DNA of 64,000 nt from Moniliella sp. 'wahieum' (GCA_003971905.1 RSEE01000033.1:248001-312000); one strand, 5' to 3'. Positions 23,493 to 37,697 are shown, numbered from the stretch's first letter. Notes: generated from the letters alone by a model not told the origin. Translations and numbers: made by a program.

Positions 23493-25649
23493 GACTGCCG
23501 CTCACCATCTGATTCTCATCCTTGCTATTTCTACGTGTGCAATCAGTTTGGTTTCGGTCGGATTGGCGCCATTTCAATGAACTATTAGAAGATGGAATGA
23601 CTGCTCTGGATGACATGCTCGGTTGTAGATCCTTGGGGGCTTCCACTACCGACAGTCTCGAAACTGCTACTCCAGGCAAGCACCAATGCCATTGATAAAC
23701 TTTTATATCCTTGCTCCTTGCGGCTCTGAACAAGCATCTTGTCCTGTGGAGCAGCGTCCAAATATGGAGGGCAAAACCAAACGCTCGAACGCTGCGGCTG
23801 GAAACGCCCGGACCGCTTGCCCCCGCGCCGTCCGACGAATGGCCTACTCTGTTTCCGGGAGGGGGGGGGGGGGGGTGGAACCGAAGGTAGCAGCAGGGTA
23901 CGAATCCACAACGTCAGCGTGGAAGCCAGTGCGTGACAAGGTCCCGGTCGGCGTACCGTCCTGCTCCACCTCTCTTTCTACTCTGGTTCTGCAATGCCCA
24001 GCCCAGTTAAGGTGGGAGATAGGGTGCTCAGGCCAGCAGCCTGGGGTTCGGGAGTTGGTAAAAGAGACAAGGAGGCACAGGGAGACACTCCATAAATTCA
24101 TCCCCGTCAAGCCCAAAATGCTCGTCGACGATCGTCGAGACAAAGCCAATGGACGCTTGCACGAACACAAAGCTGACACCTTGCGCCCTCTGGCCGGACC
24201 TGCGCCAATGACACAGGAATGATAACACCGGGGTCCAGGACCCGTTGGTAACCAAAGCATCAGGCGAACGAAGGGCCCGTCGTGTGTAACAGGGACACAT
24301 GTGTGATGCTAAAGCAATTTGAGGCGCGAATGACAAGCACTGCCTAGTAGATCCAATTGGAAGGCAAATGGACGCCAAACCGGGTTGGGGTCTGCTCTAG
24401 AATTTCCACTTGGCCCACATATCTGCCCCCATTGGGTGGAGGGAGCATGAGGATGACGGCCGCCTTCCCCCCTAAGGGATATGGCGGTAGCGGCAGAGGG
24501 AACAGCAGAGACAGGTTAGCGTTCAAAGCACTGAACGAGAAGAGGGGACATAAGCCTTGGTGTCGCTCGTGTATGATATATACGACACGCATGGCAGAGG
24601 GGTGCACCTTCACCATCCAGCCGAAAGTAAGTGCCCCCCCCTCCGTTAACGGAATTGGCAGGGTGCGATAAGCCCAAAGGGGTCCAGCCAGGAAAGATGG
24701 AAGACGAGAAAAGTCCCTAGTGTGGACTCTGGGCTGAGTTGTCTCGGGAGTTTGGGAGAGGAAAACTCCTACCACACCAGAAGGGCTGTCAACGCGGCTG
24801 TGGTGGTCGCGCAGGGGGGGTGGGGCTTTGGTGGTGTGGCTTCAACCGAGCGACCTGCATGACCGGCCGACCAAGTTGCAGCTTCTGCTGTCGGACTATA
24901 CATTTTCTTTTGCCCACCACCTTGACGTCCACGGCATGAGCACTGAACCTATGAGCTGATTGCCGGCAGTACCGTGTGGATTGCTGAGCTGAAGGTGTCT
25001 CTCACCGTCGGCAGCCGAGAGAGGTGTGCGGGCAACAACTTGGGCGAGATCCAGCGTCTTCTGCACTGCGGGCAGATGGCCGGCAGCCGGGATGAGTTTG
25101 CTTGCAGGCGCACCTTGCTGGGCATGGTCGACGTATACGCAGGACGGGCTGCTATGGTCTGAGCTGGCCAGGTCCCCTGATGTGGTGTGCGACGGGCGGT
25201 GGTGGATGGAGTGATTTTGATGCTCGTGGGTGGTGGATGTAGATCTGAGAGGCGAACTTGAATCAGGGTTGCTGGCGGGGCAGGCGGGGCGGCAGGCTGA
25301 GGCGCTGAGCGCTGGCGGGCACTGCGGCACTGAGGGAGCGCGAGCAGCCTGTGTGGCCTCTGGCGTGGTGGCCTGTGGGGCGTGGCCGGTGACGCCCGAC
25401 GCATGACAGCGTGTTACCAACCGCAGCCCGAGGGCCGAGGCGGCCGAGGCCAGTGGCCGCTAACCTCGTCTTGGGCGCCTCCTCGCTCGAGTCGAGCTCA
25501 GCGCAGGGCAGCCGCCAAGCGACGCCCCTTGCCCGCTTCCCGCCATCTGCGCCGTCGCCGTCGCCGTGCATTGGTTGGTGAGCTGTTCTGCGACGCCCCG
25601 CTCTGCTGCGTCTCCCGCTGCCTGCCCCCCTACCCCCGCGCCAAGCAGC

Positions 25650-27520
25650 ATGTCTGAGTACTATAAGGAGCTCCTCGAATCGGCCGACACCGACATCGGC
25701 GTCCTGCCCGAATCGGTGTACCAGGCAGCGCTGCCATGGCCTGTTGCATGGCTGCGCCATCGCCTCATTTCGCGCCTCCCCGCCGAGAGCAAGCTGCTCG
25801 CGCGGCACCAAGCAGCAATGCGCAAGCGCTTGGGCCATTGGGGCGACGTGTTTTTTGTCTACACGTCCATCCTCGGCACCCATAGCTTCTTCCTCGTCTT
25901 TCTTCCCCTCACATTTTGGCTTGGCGCCCAGCGCAATGGCCGTGGCCTCGTTGCGGTGACTGCGTTGGGCTGCTGGATCGCCTCGGTGGCCAAAGACCTG
26001 CTCTGCCTACCCCGACCCTATGCTCCGCCCATGCGTCGTTTGGCCATTGGCACCCACCACCTTGAGTACGGCTTCCCTTCGACCCACACGACAAATTGCG
26101 TGAGCATGGCCTATATGGCTGGTTTTTATTGCGCGACCGCGCCAACGCCGCCCTCGCCCCCGACTCGTTCCTCCCCACCCGTACCTTCCTGGGTGCCAGT
26201 GGTGATCGGGATTGCGCTGGCTGTGTACGCGATGAGCGTCAGTTATGGACGTGTCTATGCGGGCATGCACAGCTTGATGGACGTGGGTGGAGGTGCGCTG
26301 CTGGGCGCCGGGGTGATCCCGGTGCAACGCGCGCTCCAGCGCTGGCTCGAACCGCACCTGATCAACCCTTCGTTCTGGGTTCCCACCAGCATCACTACTG
26401 TCTTTCTTCTGCTCGTCATCATCCACCCCCAGCCCGTTGAGGACTGCCCCTGCTTTGAAGATGCGGTTGCCTTTATGGCCGTCCTGGCTGGTGTCAATCT
26501 GGGCCGTTGGTTTGGCTTCCGCGTAGGCTGGCTTGTGGCAGACGATGACCCACTGCATATGCGTGCCAAGATGGATCTCGTTGTACCACCGTGTCCAACC
26601 GGATCACCTGGGGCCAAGGTCCGTTTCAATCCGTGGTCGAGGGTGCGTTTGACCTATGGCGGATCCACATCAACCCCGTGTTGGGCGTCCCGCCACCAGG
26701 GGTGGCAGAGGCATGGAAACCGCGGGCACAGATGATTGTGCCGACATTGGTGGTCGTGCTAGGGATTGCCCAGATGATCACCGTCCGCTTGGTTGCCAAA
26801 AGCTTGTCACGCACGCTATTGCCGCCCTTGTTCAACGCAGCGCAGCGGGCTACCCAGGGCTTGGCCATGCTCCCGCCGCCACTACACCCCGGCCCAAGAG
26901 TACGGCGGCGTCGTTCCCCAACGTGCACTTAGCCCCACCCCGTCCATTCTGGACGATTATGAATGGCGCCTGCCTACACCACTGCCTCAGTCGCCTGCAT
27001 CTGCGCCCGCCCTTCGCTCACCTTCTCCCCTCTCAGCCAGGCTCATGGCATCTTCGCCGCTTCAACTCAACCCGACCCCCCCGCTGGTGGAGGCCAACCT
27101 GCGCGCCAACACCACCGCCTTGGCGGAAAAAGAAGGAAAGGGCGGCGGGGGGGCCGAAGAGAGCGATGTGGACGCCGGTCCCACTTCAGCTTCGGCTGAT
27201 GGGCTGCGCAGGCGGATCCGGAGCGAACGGCGACGGGATCGTCTTCTGTTTCTCTCCCTGCTGCTGATGAGGAGCTGTCCAACAAGACGAGGGTCATTCT
27301 CCACGATGTGGATGGTACGTATACTTGCAGCTGTTACAACAGCGGGCGAGGCCGGTGAGGCCTGAGGGTTGGAAGTCCTACGTACTGATGTGCATCTATC
27401 CTGTTCCTTTGCTCTGCGCAGTGCTCACCAAGTTTATCACATACACCTCCATCGGGTTACTATGGATCGACCTGGATTCCCGTCCTGTTCCAACGGCTGG
27501 GATGGCTCCCCTTGCCCTGA
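25650..27520 (+). CDS. PAP2-family sphingoid long-chain base-1-phosphate phosphatase (Lcb3/Ysr3-like); intron 27315-27421; frameshifted
   Basis: KDLLCLPRP, EYGFPSTH, YGRVYAGMHSLMDV (the three PAP2 motifs), HPQPVEDCPCFEDAVAF, C-terminal DVD|VLTKFITY. Confidence 0.9.
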
Positions 27521-27978
27521 TTATGGATGGCCAGGACCTCCCCGGCTCTCTCGCCTTGTCATCGCTTCTCTCATCTTATCATCGTTGCTGTGGGCGTTGT
27601 AGACATCATTCTGGCGAGCCGAATGAGCTGAAGCGCGCGGGGGGACGTTGGAGGAGGTAACCAATTGAGCATGTGATTCTTGGCAAAGCTGTTTCACCAC
27701 AATTTACCATGTTCACTTACCTGTCTGTCTTCCTATCCTCCTGTAGAAACAAGCAAGCTCCCTTTCTGATCGCATCTCCCCGATTGCCCGCAATGAGCAT
27801 GATGCGCATGATGGTAGTACATGCCACTGATCTCGGGTCCCCTTTTCTGTGGGGTTTGGATGGGAAAAGCAACGTGCTGGGCATCAAGAATGGAGGGTGG
27901 TGTGCTTCACCACATCAGGTTCATTGTGTGTCGGGCGAGCTTTGTGTACAAGGGCATCATGGACGTGTGTGCCCCTCA

Positions 27979-29366
27979 TCAATAGTTACCCTTCTCCCAC
28001 GTCGCCTTCTCCCATGCCTCGAGAGGCCACTTGAGATTCTTGTTTTGGAAAAGAGAGCCCACCGGGGTTGGAGAGCGTCGGGAATAGCACGTGCTTCTCA
28101 TCATTCCGCAACCAAAGTCGCAGCAAGTGGTCGCTGCTTCTCTTCACTGTCCAAAGGCATTGCGGGCGTGGAAAACTTGGAGGTTGTTGATAAATTCCAA
28201 GTCGCCCTTCTGTAGATCAAGGTGAATGAACCGGTCGGCCGCAGTAAAGTGGAGCCCATCGAGTGAAATGTGCTTGTCATACGGCAATTCCACTGTCTGG
28301 TCCAACCGCACCCCTTCAAAGAAATTGAACCACGGACGACGGGAATATTGCGCGAGGATGCGTCCCTTGTACCAGTGGAATAGAGGGACAGGCTTATGCC
28401 CGCCCCACTCCCAGCTCTTGTCTGTCAGCACGTTCAGTAGGTCGGGTCGGTTCTCGGCAAACCAATTGTATACGCTGCCTACTGATGCCACCTGGCTCAG
28501 GCCACCTTCGGCAGCAGGGCTCAGAGTAAAGAGAGAAACAATGTCTCCTGCATCAGTGTGAGCCACTTGATTTCCAGACGTCTGGCCTGAAGTATGATGA
28601 AATATATGTGAGTTCCGACTAGATTCTCTTAAGATGATGTCAGTCAGACTTAAGCACGGTACAACGTACCCTTCAGCGTGATTGCAGGGCGGTCTTCTTT
28701 CTTGAACTTGGTCAAGTCGCGCAGGTGGAGTATCGCCTTGTCTTTGTGCTGGGCCAGGCGGGTTTCGCCAATGTACGAAGCTACGCCCGCATAAACGATA
28801 ATCTGCTCCTCCCGACTCCATTGGTCAGGATCCAATCCACGGAAAACTTGAATCCCCACCCCATTCAGGATCTTGTCGGCCGAAGCATGGAGCACTTTAC
28901 CAAACGTGGGCAGAGGGAACGTGTCCTGCGAGATGGCATCAAAGTTGTACGGCGTTTTCTCTGTGGCGACTGGCAGCGCCTTAAAATGCTCCAGTGCCGT
29001 CTGCACTTCCTCCTTGTCACGCTTACTCAGCTCATACAACCATTTCTCGGGTTCGTGTTGCAGCACATTCCCGTCCCACACGGCTGGTCCCTCGACACGG
29101 AGAGGAAGACCAGAGGAACGGAACTTGTCAAAGGCTTCTTGGCGCTTGACCGCCGGTTGTGCTGCCCATTTGGCCTGGTCGACCTTCCAAAGAGCCTCGT
29201 TCGGTTCGTACGGTGTACCAAACAGACGCTCTTGGATCACCTTTTCGTCCACGTTTGGGTCGTATTCCAGCTTAGAGGATGGTTGCTGTAACTTGACTCC
29301 ATCCAGCTTTGACGAAAGGCTAGTCACACCGATGTGCGCAGAGGGGGCGACGGATACAGCGGCCAT
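27979..29366 (-). CDS. TauD/TfdA (clavaminate synthase-like) 2OG-Fe(II) dioxygenase, HxD type; intron 28587-28669
   Basis: VEGPAVWDG, TFPLPT, LNGVGIQVFRGL, AHTDAGDIVSL, LQKGDLEFINNLQVFHARNAF, RHLLRLWLR. Confidence 0.88.
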
Positions 29367-30761
29367 ACTGATTGGGGATCGAAGTGTCCTTGTGTAGTTG
29401 GGGAGAGGTGGGGGGAATGGAAGCGGTTTGAGGATATATATGAAAGGCGTGGACGCTACACCGCATCACTTATAAATACTGGAGAGTGGCGAGAGGAACA
29501 TGCTGGTCCGAGCGTTCGCTGTGGGGAATAGAATTGCCTGAAGTAGACGAAGTCCTTCGGACGCAATAGGTCTCCATCGGTATATACGCATCAGGCGTTT
29601 TAGGCTTTTCATAAGCCCGTGTAAGCAATCGAGTTGCGCAATCGCGTACGAATGGCTTATCATATCTAGAGAGCTTGACGCCTATGAAGATGATCCATTG
29701 AGAGTACTGAAAGTGAACGGACTCCTTTTGAGCACTGTGCGCATCTGAATTCGACTGTGGGATATACTTAGGTCTCTCATTACAACGCTTATCAATATAC
29801 CATTGAGATATGGTATCGTATCTTGATCTGCTCTCGGTCGGTTACTATCTCGTGTCTATATACAACAGTTAGCGCTTTCGCCATCATCAAAACGTTACCC
29901 CGCGTTTGTTTTTGAGCACGGTGCAGTTAGATATAGTAAGTACCTCTTCCTCCTTCATTGACATCTTCTGCACGGACATCTTCAGGCTTCAGCTTCACTT
30001 CACTCACTTCCTTTGAATATTGACCATCAACTAAGGATCAATCTGTTTATTAACGACCACAAATATCCATGGCGTGCTTCCTTCATCAGTTTCATCGATC
30101 ATCGATCACACTGCCGTACAAATAGTAGGGTTGTCTGGACTAGTCTGACTTACAATGTTTAACTTATTTTGCGAGGGTTCGCCCTAAAGTTTTTCGCCCT
30201 CAAGTTGCCGGGCGACACGGGCTTTTATTGGTTGGGCTGTGTTGGGAAAAAGGTTCCACTGGGAGACTATGTGCACCCCCATCAGCTCGCCCATTGTCCA
30301 CCTGTCTCCAGTATAATCATTTTTCCCTTGAGACATGCTTGAAGACTTGTGTTTCACCACTAATACTACATTGAATTCTCACATGTTGTCTGAACCTCCG
30401 TACGCTCTCCGTATATAGGAGTGATCCCTAGTCGTACGACCCAACAAAGAGAAAAGTACCCCGCCGTGACCGTGACAGTAGGCTTTTGATGCTCGTGCTT
30501 ATCCTTGACATTTGGATTGAGGTACTCGGTACTCATTCAACCTAGGACAGACTACGAACAGGCATTCTTTGTACACACAAGCGTTACCCTCCCGTTTTGG
30601 CTTTCGTATCGGTGCATCAGAGCCATTCAAGGACTCTTCAACACTGCTCCAACTACATTACCTGGCAGTCGGGATCCAAGCAGTAGCAATTGAATACAGC
30701 AAGGCATTGGTATCAACATTGCAGAGAGATCAAAGAAAGAGATGATTATATAGCCAGACAG

Positions 30762-32395
30762 CTAATGGCCCGTCGTTTCTTGGGGCAATTCGTGCATAAC
30801 AACCGAATCAGCAACACGCTGCTTCTCGTCATTAGTTTGCAAAAATGAGGGTGCGTTGGAAGCGGAGCTGTCCTTCTCATCTTGAGAGGCCTGGTCGCTG
30901 AGGGCAGGGCTTTCTCCAGAGTATGTGTTGCTTTCGTCGTCGGACCGAGACGAGGGAATGCTGAAGACAGCGTATGTAGTAGGGATCAAAGCCACCCCCC
31001 ACAACGCGAATGCAAGAATCTCCTGGCCGAGCAAAGAGAAATTGGTTGCACCAGCAACATAACTGAACGTAGACCCGACACTTTCGAATGAACGCAAGAT
31101 CCCGATTTCACGCTCAATCGAGCCAGGGACATGAGGGAAGACACCCACCAGCCAGTAGACAAAGGTGAGCTGTGCCTCATACATGAACCTAAGAAATGAA
31201 CCAGATTGTTTGTTAGAAAAACACAGACCTTCGGTAAAAGAGAAAGCGTACTTACTTCCACAGAAGGTAGAGGGCAAAAGCATTGTTAAACGCGCCATTG
31301 TTCGTGCCGTAGTCGGCAACGTGTTTTTCACCAGAAGATGTCGTGCGATGACTAGACCAATAGACCTCGGTAACTGTCATCCAGACCCAAAGTCCAGTAG
31401 TGATGCTGCCGAGGGCAAACCAAATGTTACGTGCGCGTACACGGGGGCTTTCACCCAGAGCTTTCCAGTCCATGACAAGGCCAGATAGAACATCCGCCAA
31501 CAGGTTAAAGATGGCAGTTAGGAGGGAAGCGAGACTCCGAGTCCGGACTGAAAATGTGGTAGCGAGGAAGTTAGATTGTACCACTGTACCCACATTCCAC
31601 AGATAAAGACAGGAATAAGGGCAAGAATATGGGGCGTTACAAGGGCGCGCCCCAAAGCTTTGGTCTCTTTCCACGGTGTCGTTTGGCTTCTCGTCACGTA
31701 AGGCACCTTCGATCCATCCGGTCGACGAACACGCTTGACTGGGGAAAGGAGAAGGGCGGCAGGTACTCCAATGCACTGGACGCCAACCAAACAAAGGTAC
31801 GTAGTTGGTGACACATGGCCAGCACCCTTGGAACCATGGCGAAGGTTAACGGCACAAGAGATTGCACCACCAATCAAGGGGCCCCCGTTGCGCAGAACCA
31901 TCCATACTGAAATGTAGCGTCCACGCTGAGAAGGAAGAGGGTATCCCACAGCGATGGCCCCTTCGCTGGCCCAGAAGAGCGATGCGCCGATGCCACACAG
32001 AGCAGCCCCAAACAACATGTACCATTCGGTGCCGTAGCGGTTATTCACGTACAATGAAGAGGCATACGGAGTGTAGAAGATTGCACCGAGGACAAGTGCC
32101 CATTTGTTCCCAATCAGCGAGTTGGCCAATATCCCAGCCAGAGAACATCCTGGGATCATGATCCCATAAGTCAAGGCTGTGCTTGCGTTGTACAACCAGG
32201 GGCGGCTAGACCACCGGCTCCTAGACCGTTGATGGCAGTCCATATCCCAGGCTCTGCCAGCGCAACCAACCCCACAAGCACAACCTGAAAGAGTACCGAT
32301 CGATAACACTTGATGAACCCAGGACTGGCAATGGCCTCAAAGCGGTCGTTCATCCGGTCGCCCACCGCATCGAGACGCGTAAGGGTATTGCCCAT
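30762..32395 (-). CDS. UNC-93-like (DUF895) MFS transporter; intron 31189-31255; frameshifted
   Basis: FQVVLVGLVALAEPGIWTAINGLGAGG, GAALCGIGASLFWASEGAIAVGYP..RGRYIS, FSVRTRSLASLL, YWLVG, LRSFESVGS. Confidence 0.88.
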
Positions 32396-33286
32396 GCTGT
32401 GTAAGCACACGGTGGGATGCAGAGAACAGGTGGTGGTGGTGGTGAGAAGGGGTGGATGTATCCGTTTGGATCTTTTGCGTCCCTCAGGTGGATAACCCGC
32501 TAATATAACTGAAGAACTCGATCGCATCGCCTGTATGCTGTAGAGAAGGCTCCAATGATTAATGACAGGAAATGGCGTGCTATACGTGCCTTCGTACTGC
32601 AAATATTGCCACAGTGAAGCACTTTTTCAATCATGTTAATCACGTTCATCGTTCAGGCTCTCAGGTCTTAGATCGACCTCAAGCGCCAAGCCGCAAATGT
32701 TTCTAGCTCCAGCCGGTGGCGATAAACCCGACAAGGGCTTTCTCTGTGCAGCACCCAAGACAGCACCTTACAGGAGGCTCTTGCACTGTGTGATGCGGAA
32801 ACTGACGATGGATGATCGATGATCGATGAGTTTACTCGCTAAAGCTTAAACATCGAAATATCGATCGTGTATCATTCGCTCGCGTGCGGAAGACTGGCTC
32901 GCTGCGCGGCAACATGTGCGACACAGGCACCAATGCATTCTACGTACATCCTCCCGACTTCGGCTTGATTCCGCCGGCTTCGCAATACACAGGTCGGGAG
33001 CAAGATTGTGGAGAGATGCGCATTATGTCGTGCGAGAGAACACGAGCGAGGATCCGTCTACTGGATTTGGCGCAGGAGTACTTCTGCACCGCTTGCACTG
33101 TGTCCATTCTTCCGCACATCAGTCGTTGACATCAACAAAGGCTATGTCCTTCGGATCCAGTTGCCCCGGTATATCAAAAGTGGGCGCCACACGCATTTTG
33201 AGGCAAGGGACATATGCAGGGCGTGACAAATGAAAAGCGACGGGGGTAATGCAAAGGCAATTAAAAACAATGAAGTGGGTGTGTGT

Positions 33287-33306
33287 GGGGGGGGGGGGGG
33301 GGGGGG
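33287..33306 (+). repeat. Poly-G tract (20 nt)
   Basis: Uninterrupted G run after GTGTGTGT in the UNC-93/TauD divergent intergenic region. Confidence 0.9.
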
Positions 33307-34642
33307 CTCTCACAGATGAAAATGATATATTCACTCGGACTATATCCGGTTTATAATTAAGGGAGAATGGCAGGAGCCGGAGGTTCCTGTGAAGATCTGC
33401 AAATGTGATGAGAACAAAGCAATATATACATAGGAATCGTTGAATGGCGTCGCCGTTATCTATAGTTTTCTAGGATTCGCGATTTTGACGAAGAGAAGAG
33501 GAGTGAAGCTTGAAGACAGAGATGGAAGGCTGCCCGGCCGGTGAGCTCTGGTTACAGAGAGGTTGATGGCATCGAAATGGAATGGGACACCTTTTGGGTG
33601 AGTCAGCGACTATGGGGGGATGCCGTTGGTTGTTGCTTTTTCTGCAAGAATGCGTGTCTCTTCAAACCCGGAGAAGAGCTGTATGTTGGGCGGGAGGTGC
33701 CGAGGAGGTTTAGCCGGTGTCAAGACGTAGAGAGGAAAGAGTGGGAATATCTACATAGACTGCTTTGCCCCCCCATAGCCCCTATATTCAAAGCGTCGTC
33801 AACATCTGACATCATGATGCGTGCATGATGCATGAAGTGCCGAGGAGAGAAGAATTGGGTGTGGGGGCTGGGGGAACGGGGGGGAGATCGGCGAGATTAC
33901 ACCGTGTTTCTTGACAGATTAGATTTACGGGTGTGGGGGCGAATTGCTCTGTGGGGTCAAGTTGTGTAACAAAGCCCGGGTATATATACGCAAAAAGGCT
34001 CATTAGCATCAGGCTTAGCCTGCTGATGCGCTGATGATGTGATAATCGATAATCGTTGCCGAGGAGCTCTTAGCGCGCGCTGGAGCTTAGGTGCCTGAGG
34101 CCTGAGGCTCAGGCTGGAATATTGAGGCTTGAAGCTCGGAGCTTGGAGGCACGCTGAGTGCTGGTTGAAAGCCTCTTCCATCTGCGATGCCATGGCGTGC
34201 TACTAGCTATTGCTACGCTTCTGTTCCGGTGGCGCAACAGCGATTGGGGTGATCGATGAGAAGATGATATCCATGGTCGATGATCATCGATCAATATTCA
34301 ATGACGCGTGACGATGGGCACCGTGCAAAAAAGGCCCTGTCACTTCATGCGTAATGCCACACATACGTCCGGTCACCGGTCACCGGTTATGCAACATGCG
34401 TCACATCACGCTTCACGACGAGCATGCCATTTCTCGGATTCACACCATCTAGTAGCCGGTGCACTCCCCGCCTGTCCCCTTGGCTATACCTCTGGTCGTA
34501 TATCCATCTAGCAGATCCGGTGTAAGAATGCTCTCAGCCCAGCTCTCCTATAAGAAGCACCTGCTGGAGTACTCGTCGCCCCACCCCTCCCACCAACCCT
34601 CTCATTTCTACCACTTCCGCTATACCACACCCAATCGCCTTT

Positions 34643-36126
34643 ATGTCTGCTGCGGCGCTCAACACTACAACCCCTTTGGAAGGCGTTAGCATCAGCCACA
34701 ACGACCCTGTTTTCTTCGCCGCTGGCCACGCCCCGTTCCAGAGAGAACTCGTTTATCGTCGCTCTGACGACGAGTCCGACCCAACTGTTGTTCGGACTCA
34801 GTTTCCTGGAGTCCTGAACCCAGAGTCTGCCACTGGCGCCAAAGCGGAGGTGGGGATTGATGCCCTTCTTTCCGCGGCGGAAGCTCTAGGGGCTCAGCCG
34901 GACCACCACACCCCGCAATCCGATAATGACGACCAGGTAAGTATATATACCTCTCTTCTCAACATTTGCATGGCCTTGTTGACACCTTTGTTTACCGTCT
35001 CTCTTTTTACAGTCTCAGCTACGCAAGCTACTTGATGCTTCTGGAGGAGCGCTCCTGTTCCGCGACACGCCACTGCGGACGGCAGATGACTTCTCCCGCT
35101 TTGTTCATGCGCTCGCGAAAGGGGGCAATTGGACATACCACGTCGACAAGGGGCTCATGGTTCTTCGCTTCGTTCATGCTCCCAATGTAGCTACGGCCAA
35201 TGAGGGCCCTCCGCATGTGCCTATTGGTTCCCACAACGAGTATGGGCTGAGCTCACACTATCCAAGTTACGCCTTCTTCTTCTGTGTCTCCCAGCCCACC
35301 AAGGGAGGCGAAACACCCATCGCGTCTTCCTTGGAGATTCTTGATCAGCTCAAAGCACGTAGCTCCGCTTTTGTTAAGGCTGTGCGCGACCGCGGCGTTC
35401 GCTTTTCCATTCACCATCAGCGTGATGTAATTCAAGGCTCCCTCCAGTACGTATTGCAACAGGCACAATGACTGGGGATTTGGTGGGCAATACTAATCAA
35501 TTCTTTCGTGATAGGGGCAACGCACTGTTAAAGGCAGATGCATTTGGCCCTTCGGACGGACGTTCGACGGATGACTTGACGGAAGAACAAGTTCATTCCA
35601 TTGTGGATGCTAATGTCAAAGCGTTGGGTGCAGAGGGAGGGTGGAAGCCAAATGTGCCCCCACAGGAGGCTGCAGCGTTGCCTGCTTGGCAACAACGAGG
35701 CTTCAACGCTGAGTGGCTTCCGGATGGATCGATACTTTCCCATCAGCGTGTACCCGGAGTGCGCCCTCACCCGTGGCTGGGTCGAGAGACGTTTTTCAAC
35801 AACATGCACAACCGTTTTTGGTACAGCCAGCTGCATGAAGCCGCCTCTCCCCCCACGTGAGCAAGATCGAGAAGACCAAGACGGGTGCACCCGTGTACCA
35901 GTACCCGCCTTACATTGCTGGCTCAGACGCTACGACGGACCCTGACACGCTTGTAGACCCAGAGTGGACCCAACTCTTGAACGAGGTCACAGCACAGGTC
36001 CAAGTGGAAGTGGCCTGGCAGCCAGGGGATGTTCTGCTTCTGGATAATCTTTCTGTGCAACATGCTCGGCGCCCTTGGGAGGGGCCGCGTAAGCTACTGG
36101 CTAGTTTCTGGGATGGCCCCAAGTGA
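34643..36126 (+). CDS. TauD/TfdA-fold 2OG-Fe(II) dioxygenase, HxE type; introns ~34937-35012, 35447-35514; frameshifted
   Basis: VATANEGPPHVPIGSHNEYG, FFCVSQPTKGGETPIASS, VAWQPGDVLLLDNLSVQHARRPWEGPRKLLASFWD; TATAA at ~34548. Confidence 0.88.
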
Positions 36127-37114
36127 GAAAGCACTCACAGCACGCGCCGCCTGAAGACTTTTGCGGTCGTAGAATACATGATGGCACGTTTTCAAGATTC
36201 ATACCTATGCTTTAAGGGGGGTATGTTTTAGCATGGGCCGATAGGGTCGAGCCTTCGTTCGGATGAGTGCGGCCCCCGGGTTGGTGTACAGTTAGGAGTA
36301 GATAAGATTATTAGCATGTGGTTCGCAAGAAAATTGACAGTATTCATATGTTCCCCACAGCGGGGCCGGCGGCAGTCGTGCGGGGAGGGCATCCCGGGCA
36401 GTGTGCTGGATACCCTTGTCATTCTCTTCGTCAGAACTAGAGCGGGGTGTGCCAGGTTGCTACTGTGAGATATCATCGGTTAACACTCAGTCGTCCCCTC
36501 AGGAGTGGCTGTTCATAATGCTGCGGCAGTTTGCTCATGAGTCTTGGGCAACGTGGTACCTAACACCCCCGCATCAGTTTCAGCGGACTTCGTGTTGTCG
36601 GTGCCGAAAAGGAAATTGATTTTGCTTGCAGACTGATTTTGCTTGAGCGCAGGAAAACCCTCACCGATAGTAATCTCATTGGAGATCGTCATCGCTCACA
36701 TGTCTACCAACACGTTCATTCGTATCCCCGCACGCTACGTTGATGGGTTTGGAAGCGAACTACGCAGTGGGAGCCAGAGGCTCAGGGTCTCTGATACCTC
36801 AGGGTCTGTTTCCGGCACTCCCGGTGTTGTTCGCCCACGCATGCACGATGTGAGCATGCGAACACAGCTGTGATATATCACTGTGGGCAACCCCCTTGAA
36901 TAATTCCTAATCTTGAGATACTGCATCATGGCTCCGGGTATCAGGCACCTACACAGATCGCAACAGCACCAAGAATTCAAATCGGCACTATCTACCGGTA
37001 AAGGTCCGTGGGTTGGAAAGGAGGTACATGATGTTCCAGCAGGTCAAACGCACTGCTGCACACACATACAAGAAGGGGGAGGGGAAGGAGACCAGAAGAA
37101 GCGAGAAGGGAGGT

Positions 37115-37697
37115 TTACAGCTTCTTCTTCTCCTCCGGCTGGGATGGGGGAGGAGGAGGCGGAACTGTGCCGCTGGTCGGGGCAAGCGGCCCATGCTTGG
37201 CCTTGAACTCGCGGTTCTCTCCCTCGAGCGCTACATTCTCTTGCACAATGGAGAAAGTGAGAGCAAGAACAATGGAGAGGAAGAGGCAGAAACCGGTGAT
37301 GTAAAAGTTGCGCTGGGTGTAAAAGAGTTTGATGAGTTCGCCACCGGGCTGGGTATTGTACGAATAGTCGGCGGTCAGCTTGCCAGCCTTACGAAGGCGG
37401 TGCTCCTCCTGGGCCTTCATCAGACGGCTAACGGCGTCGATAAAGAGAACGCCGACAAAGATGAAAGAGATCTTGATGCCATAGAGGATCTGGGCTACGA
37501 CCGGGTTGAGGGCAAGGAAGTGGATGAGCTTCTTACGCGCGACGTAGGGGATGGGGCAGATAAGGACAAAGAAGAAGGCCATCTCAAGGCCAGGAGCAGA
37601 AAGCAAACTGGGCTGGGTTAGGACGAGTAGGCCCGACAACGCGCGCGATGGGGCGGGGGCAGAGGGCAGAAGACGCACTGGTGTAGGGGAGCGACAT
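37115..37697 (-). CDS. BAP29/BAP31 (Yet3-like) ER membrane protein; short first intron
   Basis: MSLPYT...LEMAFFFVLICPIP, VLFIDAVSR, KLFYTQRNFYITGFCLFLS, C-terminal di-lysine EEKKKL. Confidence 0.88.

Noticed and set aside
24390..24720. GGAAATTC (minus) and GAAAAGTCCC (plus), resembling RNase P/MRP CR-I
   Set aside because: No matching CR-V/P4 partner was found; the short matches are not significant.
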